DNA of 62,913 nucleotides, the filler included, from Reclinomonas americana ATCC 50394 (lineage: Eukaryota), in assembly GCA_048213135.1 (NCBI GenBank). It is 9 parts of 9 records of this genome, joined end to end, with 100 filler letters (N's around TTAATTAATTAA, not from the genome) between each part and the next. Parts side by side here need not be neighbours in the genome. Positions count along the whole stretch, not along the records: positions 50,999 to 56,538 come from AFZH01017739.1; positions 56,639 to 58,955 come from AFZH01017740.1; positions 59,056 to 62,913 come from AFZH01017741.1; 6 more parts are not named here. One strand, 5' to 3'. Shown in pieces: positions 51,245-62,913 of the stretch. The notes beneath the pieces were generated by a model. That model was not told the DNA's origin. It saw only the letters and a program-made list of their open reading frames with translations, and made no database searches. The stretch's first letter is position 1; each line of letters opens with the position of its first letter. Both the position numbers and the translations under genes were made by a program.

Positions 51245-53815
51245 TCACTGACGCTGGCAACGCTGAGCCGCCGTCTGCGCAATGTGCGCCGCGGAGAAGC
51301 CAGCCGCGCATGCTTCCACAAAAAAACACTAGTGAGGCGATGAACGAATAGTAACACTGCGACTCAGTTGTGTTCCTTCACCTTGGCGCAGGAAGCGAGC
51401 GTACTTGAAGCCGTAGGTGTTGTCCATGAGGCTGTCGTCGCCCGGGCAGGCGCTGTCCAGCATCTTCATCGCCGACAGCATGCAGTTAGTGTCCACCGGG
51501 GTTGAGCTGCATGGCGGGTACATATTATGAGGCATGAGGTGTGTGCATCCAGCACAACAATCCTTTACGCAACGTGGTGCACACGTCGTCGCCAGCACGA
51601 CGCTGGTCGAGCGCCTTGGCGCCCTCGATGCCGAACAGATCGACCGCCAGCATGCCAAAAGTGAGATCCACGCGACGGCGGTGCTCCTCGATGACCGCCA
51701 GGCGTGCGCCAATCACCAACTGCATCAGCCCCACAGAGGAGAATTCAGATTAAAAAAGCACGATGCACGCTGCGCAGAGTGGAGAACAGCGAAACTCGCT
51801 CCTCCTCAGACGTCGCATCCTCGTACATGAACTGGTGGCGCTTCAGCTCCACATCCTGCGAGAATGGTCGTGAGAAAAATATACACGCAAGGCATTTTGA
51901 TTTGGTCGTCAAACACACAGACACACCCACGACGGCACAGGGGCGCGACGAGCGGCCTCGCGAGCATTGGCAGGCGGCGTGCGGGTGGCCCGTCGGCGCG
52001 CTGGAAGCGAGAGAGAGAGAGGGAATAGGTGAGAATTGTGCGAGAAGCAAATCGGGTTCACATACACATGCTCACCAGCGCGGTGTGCGCGCGAGAACGG
52101 CGCGTTGGAGAAGAAGTCGCTGATGGGCAAGCTGCGCGATGACGGAAAAATTGTTTGTTGAGTGGATAAGTAACGAGGGGGGGGGGGGGGTGCACATGGC
52201 ATGAGAACGCGCACCTGGCCATCGACGAGTCGCCATACTGTGACGCGCACACACGCACACACGCGCATTCAGCGAAGTGAGGACATGCACGAAAAGGAAT
52301 GTGACTTTTGACGCACCTGGCACACGTGCGACTCGGTGGTGTTGGCGCGCACGGCCACAAACTGCTCTTGCAGCGTGTACGTCGAGTCCGACACCTCCTT
52401 CTCGGTGTTCAGCAGGAAGTCAATGGAGAAGCAGTCCTGGGAAGCGAGGAGTATGTAAGCGAAGGAGAGACGTGTGGGCGAGATGAGCTTGGCCGACGAC
52501 TCACATTCAGGTACGTCTGTGCGTGTGCATGACAAACAAATGAGAAACGAACATGTTAACACGACACACAACGACAAAGCACGGCACGCACATGGAATTT
52601 GGAGTCGTAATCGCAGGCGTAGCTCTGCAGTGTACCGAGGGTGAGTAACAGAGTGCGACGCTCACATCACATCACTTGTGCACAAGCGCACGCAACGCTC
52701 TCGTCCGGATCGGCGGCCGTGACAGCGTAGACGTTGGGCGGCAGCGTCTGACCGGCAAACATCGAGCCACTCTCGCACGCCTCCACGTAGATGACCAGCT
52801 GGCTGTACATCTGCTGCTGGTGCATGGTGTTCAGCGTCTTGATCAGCTGCTCCACCGTCAGCACCTGCGAGTGGAAAAACGTGCCGGGGAACGCCACCAG
52901 GCCCGGAGCGCCGTGGTCCGCAAAGTAAATCGTCACACGATCATTCGGGCCCGACTGCACAGAGGAGACATTGGCACGCACGCACACACGACGAAGAAGG
53001 GGGAGGAGAAGATGAACAGCACCTTCAACGTCTTGCCAGTGCCGCCCGACGGAACTTGGCCCTGCACCGGACGGAATGCGTAAGCAAAGCAGACACGAAA
53101 GACGGAAGAAAAGAACGGGAAGTTGGCTCACCGTCAGCACTTTCATAAAGTTCTCCGGCGACACCAGGTGCTTCGTGTAATCCTTCGGCACACCCGGGTA
53201 CTCGTTCGGACCCTGCACCATCACAGTGTGAGACAAGCATCGCAGACAACGAGGCCACAACTGTGCAAGCATGCGAAACTCCAGGATCTGCATGCACACA
53301 CACACGCACGGGGAGGTCAGTGAGCACTGGTGAAGCAGGAAAGCACAGTGAGCTCACACGCAACAGTTGATCACAGTGCCCTTGTGCGGGTTGTCGATGC
53401 TGTCGGCAATGTCATCATAGTGGAACACAATGCTGTGATTGTTGTTGTTGCATGTCAGTGTCATGAGAGAACACAACAACAAAGAGTGCATCATCGTAAC
53501 ATGTTGGAGTCGGGAATGCCATTGGCTGCGAGAAAACGCGTGTGTGAGAGAGTGTGTGTGCTTCTTTTTTTGCACTCGTTCTCACATACACACACCATGC
53601 AGCATCTGATACGCGTGGTAAATGTCGCTTTGATGGCGCTGCGTGAGAGCGTGTGAGACAAAGAGCATGTGTGCATGTGTGTATGAGAGAGAGAGAGTGC
53701 GCACATAGTTGTCGTATCCCTTGCTGCCGGCGACAATCACTGCCCAGTGAGCGCCAGTGGCCGAGGCGCAGGCCACCGTGCCCAGCAGAAGCACGAGGAA
53801 GAGAGCAGCGCGCAT
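51245..53815 (-). CDS. LGMN: Legumain / asparaginyl endopeptidase (peptidase C13)
   Basis: Signal peptide, [36 protein letters not shown].G...Y.GVPKDY, the catalytic YFADHG and YVEACESGSM, YAVTAA...ESSYAC, SHVCQYGD, and a C-terminal prodomain. More than 15 exons. Confidence 0.95.
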
Positions 53816-54148
53816 TTATCTCGTCCAACACAAAATATCCCGCGTACTTTTAGTCAAGGACGAAGAGCTTAAGGTGGTCCTTAGCTCTTGATACCTCGCG
53901 TACTCTGCTTTCTCATGTGCTCTTCGACAATGGAGACCGCGCGCGCGCATGATGAAAGACAATTGTGATATCGAAGTAATGCTTGCAAACGAGCTCGAGG
54001 TGCGGGCCCATTCCACTCATCTCTACAATGCGCCAGTGTCAAACTCGACAGCCACTGCTTCCATTTCCACAGTCGACGTCGCAGGCGGACGACCCTTGAA
54101 AAACCTGTCAATATCCGGCGGACACTTTGCTTCTTCCTTCCTTCGCTC

Positions 54149-57100
54149 ATGGCGAGCGCTGGGAACTGCCCGGAGTGTGCGTGCACTGCGGCCGAGTTCA
54201 AGTGCAATGCCTTCAAGGCCGCCTCGCTCGCATGCATCGAGTGCTATCACACACACTTGCCCGCGGAAGGAGGCGCATCTGCTGTTCCCTCTGCTGCGGC
54301 TGCTCCACCCCCGCTCATCCAGATGAATCCCTCGGGCGCTGCTCTGGCTGCCGCGCGTGCAGCAGCTGCACAGAATGCGCAGGTGTGTGTGTGTGTATGT
54401 GAGTGCGTGTGTGTCTTTGATTGTGGTCTCTCTCATCTCTCGTTGTGCACAAAGGCGGCGGCGAATGAGCGGCCGCCGCAGAGCAACGCGAATGCACCTG
54501 CCCCGCTCTTCTCGCCTCTGCGTCAGCAGCCGCAGCCGCAGCAGCAGCCACAGCAGTCTGTGCGACCGCTTGTGGTGGCGGCACCTCCACAGCAGGTGCT
54601 GCCACTAGTGCAACCGCCTGCGCGAGAAGTAAGCTCTCCGCCACTGCCTCTGGTGCAGCCGCCGTCTGCTGCACAGCAGGTGCTGTCGCCACAGCCAGTG
54701 CGCCCTCCTCCTCCTCCGCAGCAGGCACAGTCGCCGCCTGTAGCCCAACAAGTGCTGTCGCCACAATCGGTGCGCTCTCCACCACAGCAGGTGCAGTCTC
54801 CGCCACCAGTGCCACAGGTGCGCTCTCCACCGCTGCCACCACCGCAGCAACAGCAAGTGGTGTGTGTGTGCTATTGTGCTGTGTTATGAACTCCGTGCAT
54901 GTTCGGTCTTCTCACCTGGATCTTCACGCAGGCCCCAACAGGCTTGCGCGAAGCCGCTGTCAAGGTCACTTCCCTCTGACTCGCCTCCGTCGACTACATT
55001 GTGTGGTGCTCACTCCTGTCGTGCGCAGCGTGTTTGCGAGGCTCTTCCGGACCTGTCGCGGTCCGACGCGGAGCGTGAAGTGGACGCCATCGATGTGAAT
55101 GAGGTCCGTGCGGTGCAGGTGCTCATCGACCGGCTGCGTACGCAGAAGCAGTCGGTAGGCATGGCAGCGGCCCTGGTGCCGACACCGGTGCGGCCGACGA
55201 CGATGGCGGACCAGGCAAATATTGCGGCCAGGAAAGTTTACTTGAGCGAGGTCTGTTGTTGCAGTATCGTCACCCGAGTGCGTGTGCTCTCTCTTCTCAC
55301 ACATATTTCGGTCTCTACCATCACAGAAAGTCAGAGAATTTGCGCCTGAGGTGAAGGATCGGGTACTGAACATGGCGTTTGCGTCGTACGAGTCCACGCT
55401 CTTCGATGACACTCGAATCATGGACCAGCTGATGACGTTTGTGTTTGATCATATAGATGATTTGGTTCGTGCGCTGGCCATTGTGTGTGTACGTGCTTTG
55501 CTGGTTCTGAAGTAGGTTTGCTGCGCGGGCAGGGTCCATCAGGATCCGCAGCAGCAGCAGCAGTACCGGCGGCACCAGCAGCAGCAATTGTGGAACCGAC
55601 GGGCGTGATGCCGCCGCCACAGCCGGGCCGTCGGCCAGAGTCGCCAAGGCCACAGATTACGTCCCCATCACACGCAAAGGTACCGAGCGCCTCATCTTCG
55701 CAGTCATCCGCTGCAGCCGTCGTCGACATGTACCCCAACGAGGGTCCCTCGAATCCGCGACCTGTACAGGTGCTACAAGTCGCTATCCCTTGCTCCTGTC
55801 CATCTTGCCTCACAGTTGTGACGTGCAGTCGCCTGTCGAAGCGAGCAACGACCCATCATATGCTGAGCTTTTTGCTGCTGCTCACCGTGGCTATGTGCCG
55901 GAAGTGACACCCGGCGGGCCGACTCCTGGCGGGCCAGAAGATGACATCCCAGTCGGTATGCACTCGTGAGAGAAGCAATGTGTTTCTCACATGACTGATG
56001 CCGTTCGTCTTTTGTTGCACAGATGTGCTGTTGCGCACGTTGCTGGAATCTGCGTGCGCTGTGATGGACTTGCGTGTGAGAGTACTGGAAGAGATTCGCA
56101 GTGCTGCATCACTGGTTTGGACTGTGTGCGATCGTTGAGCTGTTTCGTGCGGTGTAATTACCGTACCGTGCCTTCTCCTTTTTTTAGGCGGACCTGGACG
56201 ACGCCGAGGAACGGTACGGCAAATTGGTGGAGCGCAGTCAGACCATCCACGGACGAACCGTGGACCTCAACGCACCCATGGCGGAAAAGTCGGATATCTT
56301 CAGAGAGCTTCGTCGTTTACTGCCGGCTGATTTCCGCCACGCTGCTGACCGGCGACGAGCGGCGCTAGAGGAGGAAATGTCTGCCGCGGAGTGGGGCGGT
56401 GACGGTGAGTCGTGTTTTCGGCATCATGTCGTCTCTACATGCTCTCATATTGCTGCTGACTTTTTGTATCGTGCGCTGTCAACGCAGACTTGGAGAGCTC
56501 TGTGGTGAGTGCTCGTGCTTGACTTTCAATGATTTTTGNNNNNNNNNNNNNNNNNNNNNNNNNNNNNNNNNNNNNNNNNNNNTTAATTAATTAANNNNNN
56601 NNNNNNNNNNNNNNNNNNNNNNNNNNNNNNNNNNNNNNACTCTTGCTGACTGTTGAGCTTTCATGTACAAGGATCATGGTTTTGATATGATGGTGGCGCA
56701 GGTAAGAAATGCAATACTCTTTTTTCCTTTCCACTCTCGTACAAAGCTAAGCGGTGGCCTCGGTTCTCAGCGACCACCTGGTGCTCCTGGCGCGGCCGCT
56801 GCCGCCTTCAGCGTGGCCGCCGACGACGACGACATCTTTGGCGGACGAGGTGCGGCGGCCACGCTTATTGTACGACCACAACAACCGCAGCCACCGCCGC
56901 TTGTCGGTGGTTACGGTGGTCCTAGTGAGCTGCCTGGCGTGAGCGCTCGCTTGGATCGTGGTCCGGCTGGGCCACCGGCCGGGGCGCGTGATGGCGGTCC
57001 TCCCCCCGTGAAGGGTTTCGTGCCGGTCGCTGCCGGTGGTGCCGGTCGAGCACCTGGTGGATTTGCTCCCGCTGCTGGTGGTGCTGGTCGAGCACCTGGT

Positions 57101-57695
57101 GGATTTGCTCCCGCTGCTGGTGGTGCTGGTCGAGCAGCAGGTGGTGCAGCTCCCGCTGCTGGAGGTGCCGGTCGAGCGCCAGGTGGTGCGGCACCAGGTG
57201 CTGGTGGTATGGCAGGCGCTGGTGGCATGGCTCCCGGCGCAGCTGGCCGGCCGCCGAGTGATTTGCCACCGGGGTTCGAGCCTTTCAATGCGCAGCAGCA
57301 GGGTGCACCAAGAGTTGGACCTCCGCCAGTGGCTGCGCCGCAGAGGACAGATCCGCCACGTGGCCTCACAGAAGAGGTGCGCGGTGCTGCCGTGTGTGAG
57401 TGTGTGACGACTGAGACGCTGACAGCGTCATTTTTCTTGTCACGTATGGTATGTAGGAGTGTCGACGGAGACTGGAAGAGCTTCAGATCGAGAGCTACCA
57501 CGCTTCCTACGTGGAGCAGCGACTGCACTTGCGCGACGATCGTCTTCCACAGCCTCCCAAGTTGTGTTCTTTCTCTCGTGTCTTGCAGCCGTTGTGTCGT
57601 GAAGTACAGAGCCTCACCTGCGCCCTTCATCGTCGTGCAGTGTACAAATTCGCCGTCCGCCAGAGTTGCGAACGGACGACAGAGAGTCATGCTCG

Positions 57696-57727
<32 letters not shown>

Positions 57728-58415
57728 ATTGTTGTTGTTGGCCACGCTGATTGTATGTTTTTCTGTGCTGCAGCGTGCACAACCCACGTGGTGGCAACAT
57801 TTTCGATGGAGCTGTTCCATCTCCTGCTGTCGCTGTGCCCGCTGCCGATGTATTCAACGCCCCCGCGTTGCGTTACCCTTTTCTCACCTTTGCGGTGCGC
57901 AGTCGACTCATCACAAGATGTTGTCCTTACTTCAGAGAGCTCCGTGTAGCCCCCGTCGTTGTTGCCGCTCCGTTGCGTTCGAGTTCGTCGTTGCTGCTTA
58001 CGAATGTAGTGACTCATCGAAAATTTGCACAGAGCTCCAGCCGATCCACGTGCGCAGACCGCCTTGTGCTTGCTGTGTGCTAGCGCTCCAGTTGTCTCAC
58101 TGTATTTTGTTTCTGCTGCAGCTGCGGAGCTTCTTTTCCGCCGCACAGTTTGTATCGAGGACAAGTACATGGATGCACCGGCCGTCGATGTGAGGGTGGT
58201 GTGTGGCGACGCGTTCACATTGCCCCGGTGCTCCGTATTGGTGATTCGCCACGACTCGGTGAGTTTGCCTCTCCTGCAACTTCTCTCAGGTGCAATAGTG
58301 TTTCACCAGCCTTCAGAGCTACTTGCGTCGAATTCGAGAAGTCTATCCCGAGCTCGGCGACCACCTCCGGCAGCAGGTGGACGACTTTGCCCTTCCCGAT
58401 GGCAGAGGTGTGTTT

Positions 58416-58456
<41 letters not shown>

Positions 58457-58955
58457 ACTCCTCCGTGGAACCTCACGACCATCACACAACGCAGACTTTG
58501 ACTTCGCGGCTCGAGTGAAAGACGTCACATTCGCGGCAGCGCAGCTGCAACACATCAAGGCAGTCGTGGTGGTCTGTTTCCGCAACGGTCTCAAGTCGGA
58601 GGTACGTGCCATGCCTTGCGCTGTGTAGCCTGTCTGTTCCCTTGTTCACCGTCGCCTGCTGGGTGTGTTGTACACAGCCACTGATGCGCGCCCTCAAGGG
58701 TCTCGTTGTCCAACTCATTCTTGACTACGAAGGAGAGAAGATCGTCTTTGCCTGTCTGCACAAGTAAGTCAGCTTGCATTTCTTGTTGCTCGAGACCATT
58801 GCTGAACCACACTCGCACGCAGAAACGTGTCGGCCCTTGGTTCGGGCTGTCACTATGGCGTCCTCGCCGCCATGCACGATCTGCACAAAGAGCCGCGACG
58901 TGCGAAAGTTCCCGAGGGTCATGTCTTCTGCTTGTCGACGAGCGTGGGAGTTGAT
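54149..58955 (+). CDS. Large protein with an N-terminal Cys/His motif, P/Q-rich and G/A/P-rich linkers and several Cys-rich segments; probably the N-terminal part of the PARP gene
   Basis: MASAGNCPECACTAAEFKCNAFKAASLACIECYHTH, SPPQQV repeats, CSCPSC...CCCARC and CTICTKS. The region is interrupted by gaps and the exon chain is only partly resolved. Confidence 0.45.
57028..57200 (+). repeat. Coding 42-bp tandem repeat (AAGGAGRAPGGFAP), about 4 copies
   Basis: The unit GCTGCTGGTGGTGCTGGTCGAGCACCTGGTGGATTTGCTCCC is repeated with variants. Confidence 0.8.
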
Positions 58956-59055
58956 NNNNNNNNNNNNNNNNNNNNNNNNNNNNNNNNNNNNNNNNNNNNT
59001 TAATTAATTAANNNNNNNNNNNNNNNNNNNNNNNNNNNNNNNNNNNNNNNNNNNN

Positions 59056-60165
59056 TTAAGCCAATCTCGCTGTTACGAGACTCTTTTGTCAGTGTGCGTG
59101 TGTGTCTCTGTACTGCAGCTCACTTTCCCTCTACCATTGCAGGTTCCACGGCACGCATGAAAAGGCAGTTGACGCGATTCTTGATCGCTCGGTGAGTTTG
59201 TGACTCAAAGTGCCTGCATTGCGAATTGTGGTGGTTGACATGGAGCGCGCAGATGATTCCGCCGGCGGACTTCAACGTGGATGTTGGCTGCCAGGTGGCC
59301 GTGGCCGTGGGTGATGGGCGAGCAAATGTCAACTGCTTGGCCGACTGCCAGTTGTGCCGCCAACATCGACACGTTCGCAATCAGAACCCCGCCTGCCACA
59401 TGTTCGGTCTTGGAGGTTTGTGCGTGCAGTGACGAATATATTATGTGAATGACCGAGCTCACCATAATGTCGCGAGCGCAGTATACTTTGCCAATCTGTT
59501 GCAGTTGCGAGAGTGCAGTAAGTGCGACTTGTGATTTGTCATTGCCGACTGATCGTGCGTGTGTCTGCCGTATCGCAGGAAAGCCGACGTGTACACGTCG
59601 CCCCGACCGAACGACAATGCGGTGTGTTGCTATTTTGTCTGTTTGTGCGCAGCAGAGTGTCGTGCGTCCTCACATGCGTGTGTGTACAGCGAGCCATTCT
59701 CATGTGCTCCGTGCTGCTTGGAGACATGGAAACGGTATGTGTGTTTCCGCTCACTGCCCTACTGTGCTTTTTCTTGACTGGCAAATGCAACGTGCAGGTG
59801 AACGCTTTGAACGCTCCAGACGAGCGACACGATCATTTCCTGCCGCCTCGCATGGGCCAGGGGCGTGACAGCCGCCGCTTCCACAGCGTGTACGTGAAGG
59901 GATCGGGAAATTTTGCCGGACGTGACGCTGTGACCGTCAAGAACGATGAATGTGAGTGGGAGTGGCGCGGCTGCTTGGTGCGATCAGATAAACTTACTCA
60001 CTTGCTACCCCACATCTGCAGAGTTGCGCGAGGATATCGATCGAGCACTGCACAGGTTTCACCTGCTTGTTCACTCACGTTTCTCTCGTCGTTTGCGTAC
60101 CGCGCAGTGTCATTTTCCACCCGTACCAGATCCTCCCAAATATTCTCATCCACTACACCAAGTAG
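59056..60165 (+). CDS. PARP / ADP-ribosyltransferase catalytic domain (H-Y-E type)
   Basis: Spliced product: SLFHGTHEKAVDAILDRSMIPPADF...HMFGLGVYFANLLQKADVYT...RAILMCSVLLGD...FHSVYVKG...KNDEYVIFHPYQILPNILIHYTK*. Stop TAG at 60163-60165. Confidence 0.85.
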
Positions 60166-60446
60166 TGAGCAACGTGGAGGCACGAACAATGAAGGAGACA
60201 TGTTTCGATCCGTGTCCTGCCAAGTGCAAGTGTCAATAGTTCACAGAAGGGCTGCAGCAGCTGTGATACTATGACGAACAGAACAAGAGGTCGTCAAGCG
60301 CACCAGCGCACTGACGGCAGACCAACAACAAACCGACGTCGACTTGTCCCGCTTGATATCAACGGTCAAATCACGAAAAACGACGTCGGTGCACTCTCCA
60401 AGCAAGCCAGCACACCGACACCCGTCTCTCTATCTCTCTATCCCTC

Positions 60447-62913
60447 ATGGCGGCATCAGCAGGCGCTGCCAACAGCAGCACAGGTGCCAGCAGCAGTGGG
60501 ATCATTCACAGCGGCAGTGCCTCCTCCGCCAGCACCACTGTCGTCTGGTCTCAATGCCACATGCTCGGTGCTCTTCCCGCCCCTCGCCAAGGCCACTCCA
60601 TGGTCGCAGTCGACAAGCGCGTGTTCCTCTTTGGCGGTGCGCGCACACGCCCACACACACACTTGTCCGCGTTAGAGCTTTTTCAATATGTGGTTTTTTC
60701 TGACCCTCTGTGGCGCGCACAGGATGGGGTCTGGTGGCCAGTAGCACACCATCGTCCTCCTCGACCTCTTCATCATCGTCGACACGAGCGACAGGGCGAT
60801 CGTTGGACGATTTGTTTGTGTTTTCGTTGGAGTCGCATCGGTGGGAGCGTGTGGAGACCACCTGTTCGGCATCGTCGCCGAGCTCGTACACGGGACCATG
60901 TGCGCGCAGTGAGCATACGATGTTCTCGTCGGGTGCACAGCTGTTTGTGTTTGGTGGCATCGATCAGGATGGACGAGTGCTGCGCGACATTCATGCGCTC
61001 AATCTTGGTGCGCCAGTCGCGCTCCCCTTTACACGAGTGGCGAGTCTTGTCTGATGTATATGTCTGTCTCTCTTTGTCAGTTACCATGCAGTGGGCCGAG
61101 GTGCTGCCGACGGGCATCAAGCCGCCAGCACTGTATGGCCATGTTTCGTAGTGGGGAGTTGATGCTTTTCCGATGGCTTGTTTGTTGTGCTGACGACACG
61201 GCTGCAGAGTGCCACTCGCATCGGCACATGTGTGTACATTTTCGGTGGGCACACCGACAGCACGATCAACAGCCTCTCCAATCGCCTCTTCATGTTCAAC
61301 TTGCAGTCGTACTCGTTGGTGGAGCTCACCCCTCGCGCTCTTGTCGGCAAGGGGGTGCGTGTGTGCTCGTTCGTGTCCTTGCTATCCTTTCGCTCACGCC
61401 AACTGTGGCGCAGTTGCCGAGTGCGCGTGCGGGTCACGGCGCAGCCGCCGTCGGCGACGTGATCTACTTCTTTGGTGGAGTCACCGACACTGGTGAGTGC
61501 GGCTGCTTGCGCACCATGACTCATGCTGCTGCTGCCTGATAACATGGTCGCCACGCAGGCTTTGAGAATGACTTGTGGCTGTACGACTCATCGGTCAACT
61601 CGTTCACGTTGCTGGGCGAACAAGAAGATGTTGCGCATGGCAGAGGAGGGGGAGGAGAAATGACTCGACCCTCATTCACCTCCTGCTGCGCAGATCTGCA
61701 AGCGCGCGTACCAGACCATGGCGGCGTATGGTCGCACTCTGGTGATCTTTGGTGGGTGGAATCCGGGCAAGGGCACGTTTAATGATTGCTACATTGCCAA
61801 TTGCGGTTGCGTACTTGCACGTGAATCACCTCGCTGCCTCTTGAGTTCGCTGACAAGTATTGCTGACACAGAGAAACTCGAATGGGACAAGGCCAGCGCG
61901 GCGTACTCGGTGGTGGGCGAGCACCCGCTGTCGCCAACGTCACCGAAATCGCCAGACGAGGCACGCAAGTATGTACGCCCCCGCAGCAAGCACGCATGGA
62001 GCCTGGTGTTTGGCGCCCGCCAGATGCAGCTGTTCCTCTTTGGCGGCGTGTTGCGTCATCCCCTTGCTTCTCGTCTGCCGTGGCTGCCATCGCGTGATTG
62101 CATCGCTCACTTTGCAACGCAGCGGAGACTTCTCCGACCCATTGCAAGACTGCTACATGGGCACATTCACGGCACCGTTTCGCCGAACATTCCGCACCGG
62201 AGGTAATTCGTGATCATCTATCGCTGTCACGAAATGCTCTGCATGGACTCACGGCGTCTTTGCGCAGTTATGCAATCACCCAAGGAGCGGCTGCGTCAGA
62301 TCAAGTCGCCGAGCTCCGACAGGTTAATTGCGTGTGCTTGGCGTGTTTTGCTCTCCCCCGGCGTCGCACTCTTCTTACCTGCCTCCATTGACAGTGAGAG
62401 TAGCGAGGATGAGCACCGATCGTCGGCATTCCCGCACACATCGCGTGCGCAGTCCTTTATCAACAAGCTGTCGGAGAAGGCCACAGAGCCCTCCACTGTG
62501 TTTGGTTTGAATCTGGAGCACGACGAGATGAGGAAACAACGACCGTTTCGTACTCTAGAGTGTGTCGTTGTGGACGGCTGCTGGGCTCTCATCTCACTTT
62601 CATTATCCCTCCACCAGGCTTCGTCGACAGTCATCTCTTCTCGCCGGTGCGCTTCTAACTACTGGCCTCTTCTGTGCATTGCTGAAACTGATCGATCTGT
62701 CTTGCAGATGACGACGTGACGCGCGACGCCAATCGCGCCCGCACTCTGAGGTTTGCTCTCGAGGAGATTTTGCCGCGTGATCAACCAGTTGCGCACGCTT
62801 TTGCACCGTCCCACTCTAGGCAACCGCTGACTCGAGCACAGCAATCTGGCGCCGGGTCGAGGAGGAATTCCCTTAGTGGTGCTCGCCGGGCCTCCTCGCT
62901 CTCCATGCCAGTA
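60447..62913 (+). CDS. Kelch-repeat protein (runs off the window end)
   Basis: Repeats PAPRQGHSMVAVDKRVFLFGG, ARSEHTM...LFVFGG, LYGHSATRIGTCVYIFGG, SARAGHGAAAVGDVIYFFGG, RAYQTMAAYGRTLVIFGG and RPRSKHAW...LFLFGG. Confidence 0.9.

Noticed and set aside
50899..51245. Alternative reading of the tRNA halves as two neighbouring ordinary intron-containing tRNA genes
   Set aside because: There is no 5' half upstream of the 3' half, the halves complement each other exactly, and the spacer is only 10 nt. It is not fully excluded because a gap abuts the trailer.

Overview
This is a gene-dense, GC-rich, intron-rich eukaryotic draft scaffold, probably from a protist. Most introns are about 60-90 nt GT-AG with a CTGAC/CTCAC branch motif, and some are inflated by microsatellites. 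There are eight artificial 100-nt gap linkers (N44-TTAATTAATTAA-N44). Manual splicing gives about 17 protein-coding genes: an RI-type LRR protein, an orphan 7TM protein, an ASF1-like-fold protein, FANCL, a degenerate kinesin, a TFIIIA-like zinc finger, PITHD1, an SDR, a giant kinase-like/AAA/GAF/adenylate cyclase, an OFA-family MFS transporter, a SPEC3/stum-like protein, a cytosolic carboxypeptidase, two tail-to-tail IQ-like paralogues, legumain, a PARP and a kelch protein. The most unusual signals concern RNA processing. (1) A circularly permuted tRNA gene at 51043-51124 (-) has its 3' half before its 5' half, a 10-nt spacer, long complementary flanks, a junction in the anticodon stem and an Asp-type body with an ATC anticodon. 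(2) A second, frequent 5' splice-site class GT(T/C)NCG, mostly GTTGCGT, is the local consensus shifted by 1 nt; at least 33 sites are frame-supported. (3) There are extreme micro-exons, including a probable single-nucleotide exon at 60022 that completes the PARP catalytic E-Y motif. All gene models were spliced by eye without RNA or database evidence, and several gene starts are unresolved.
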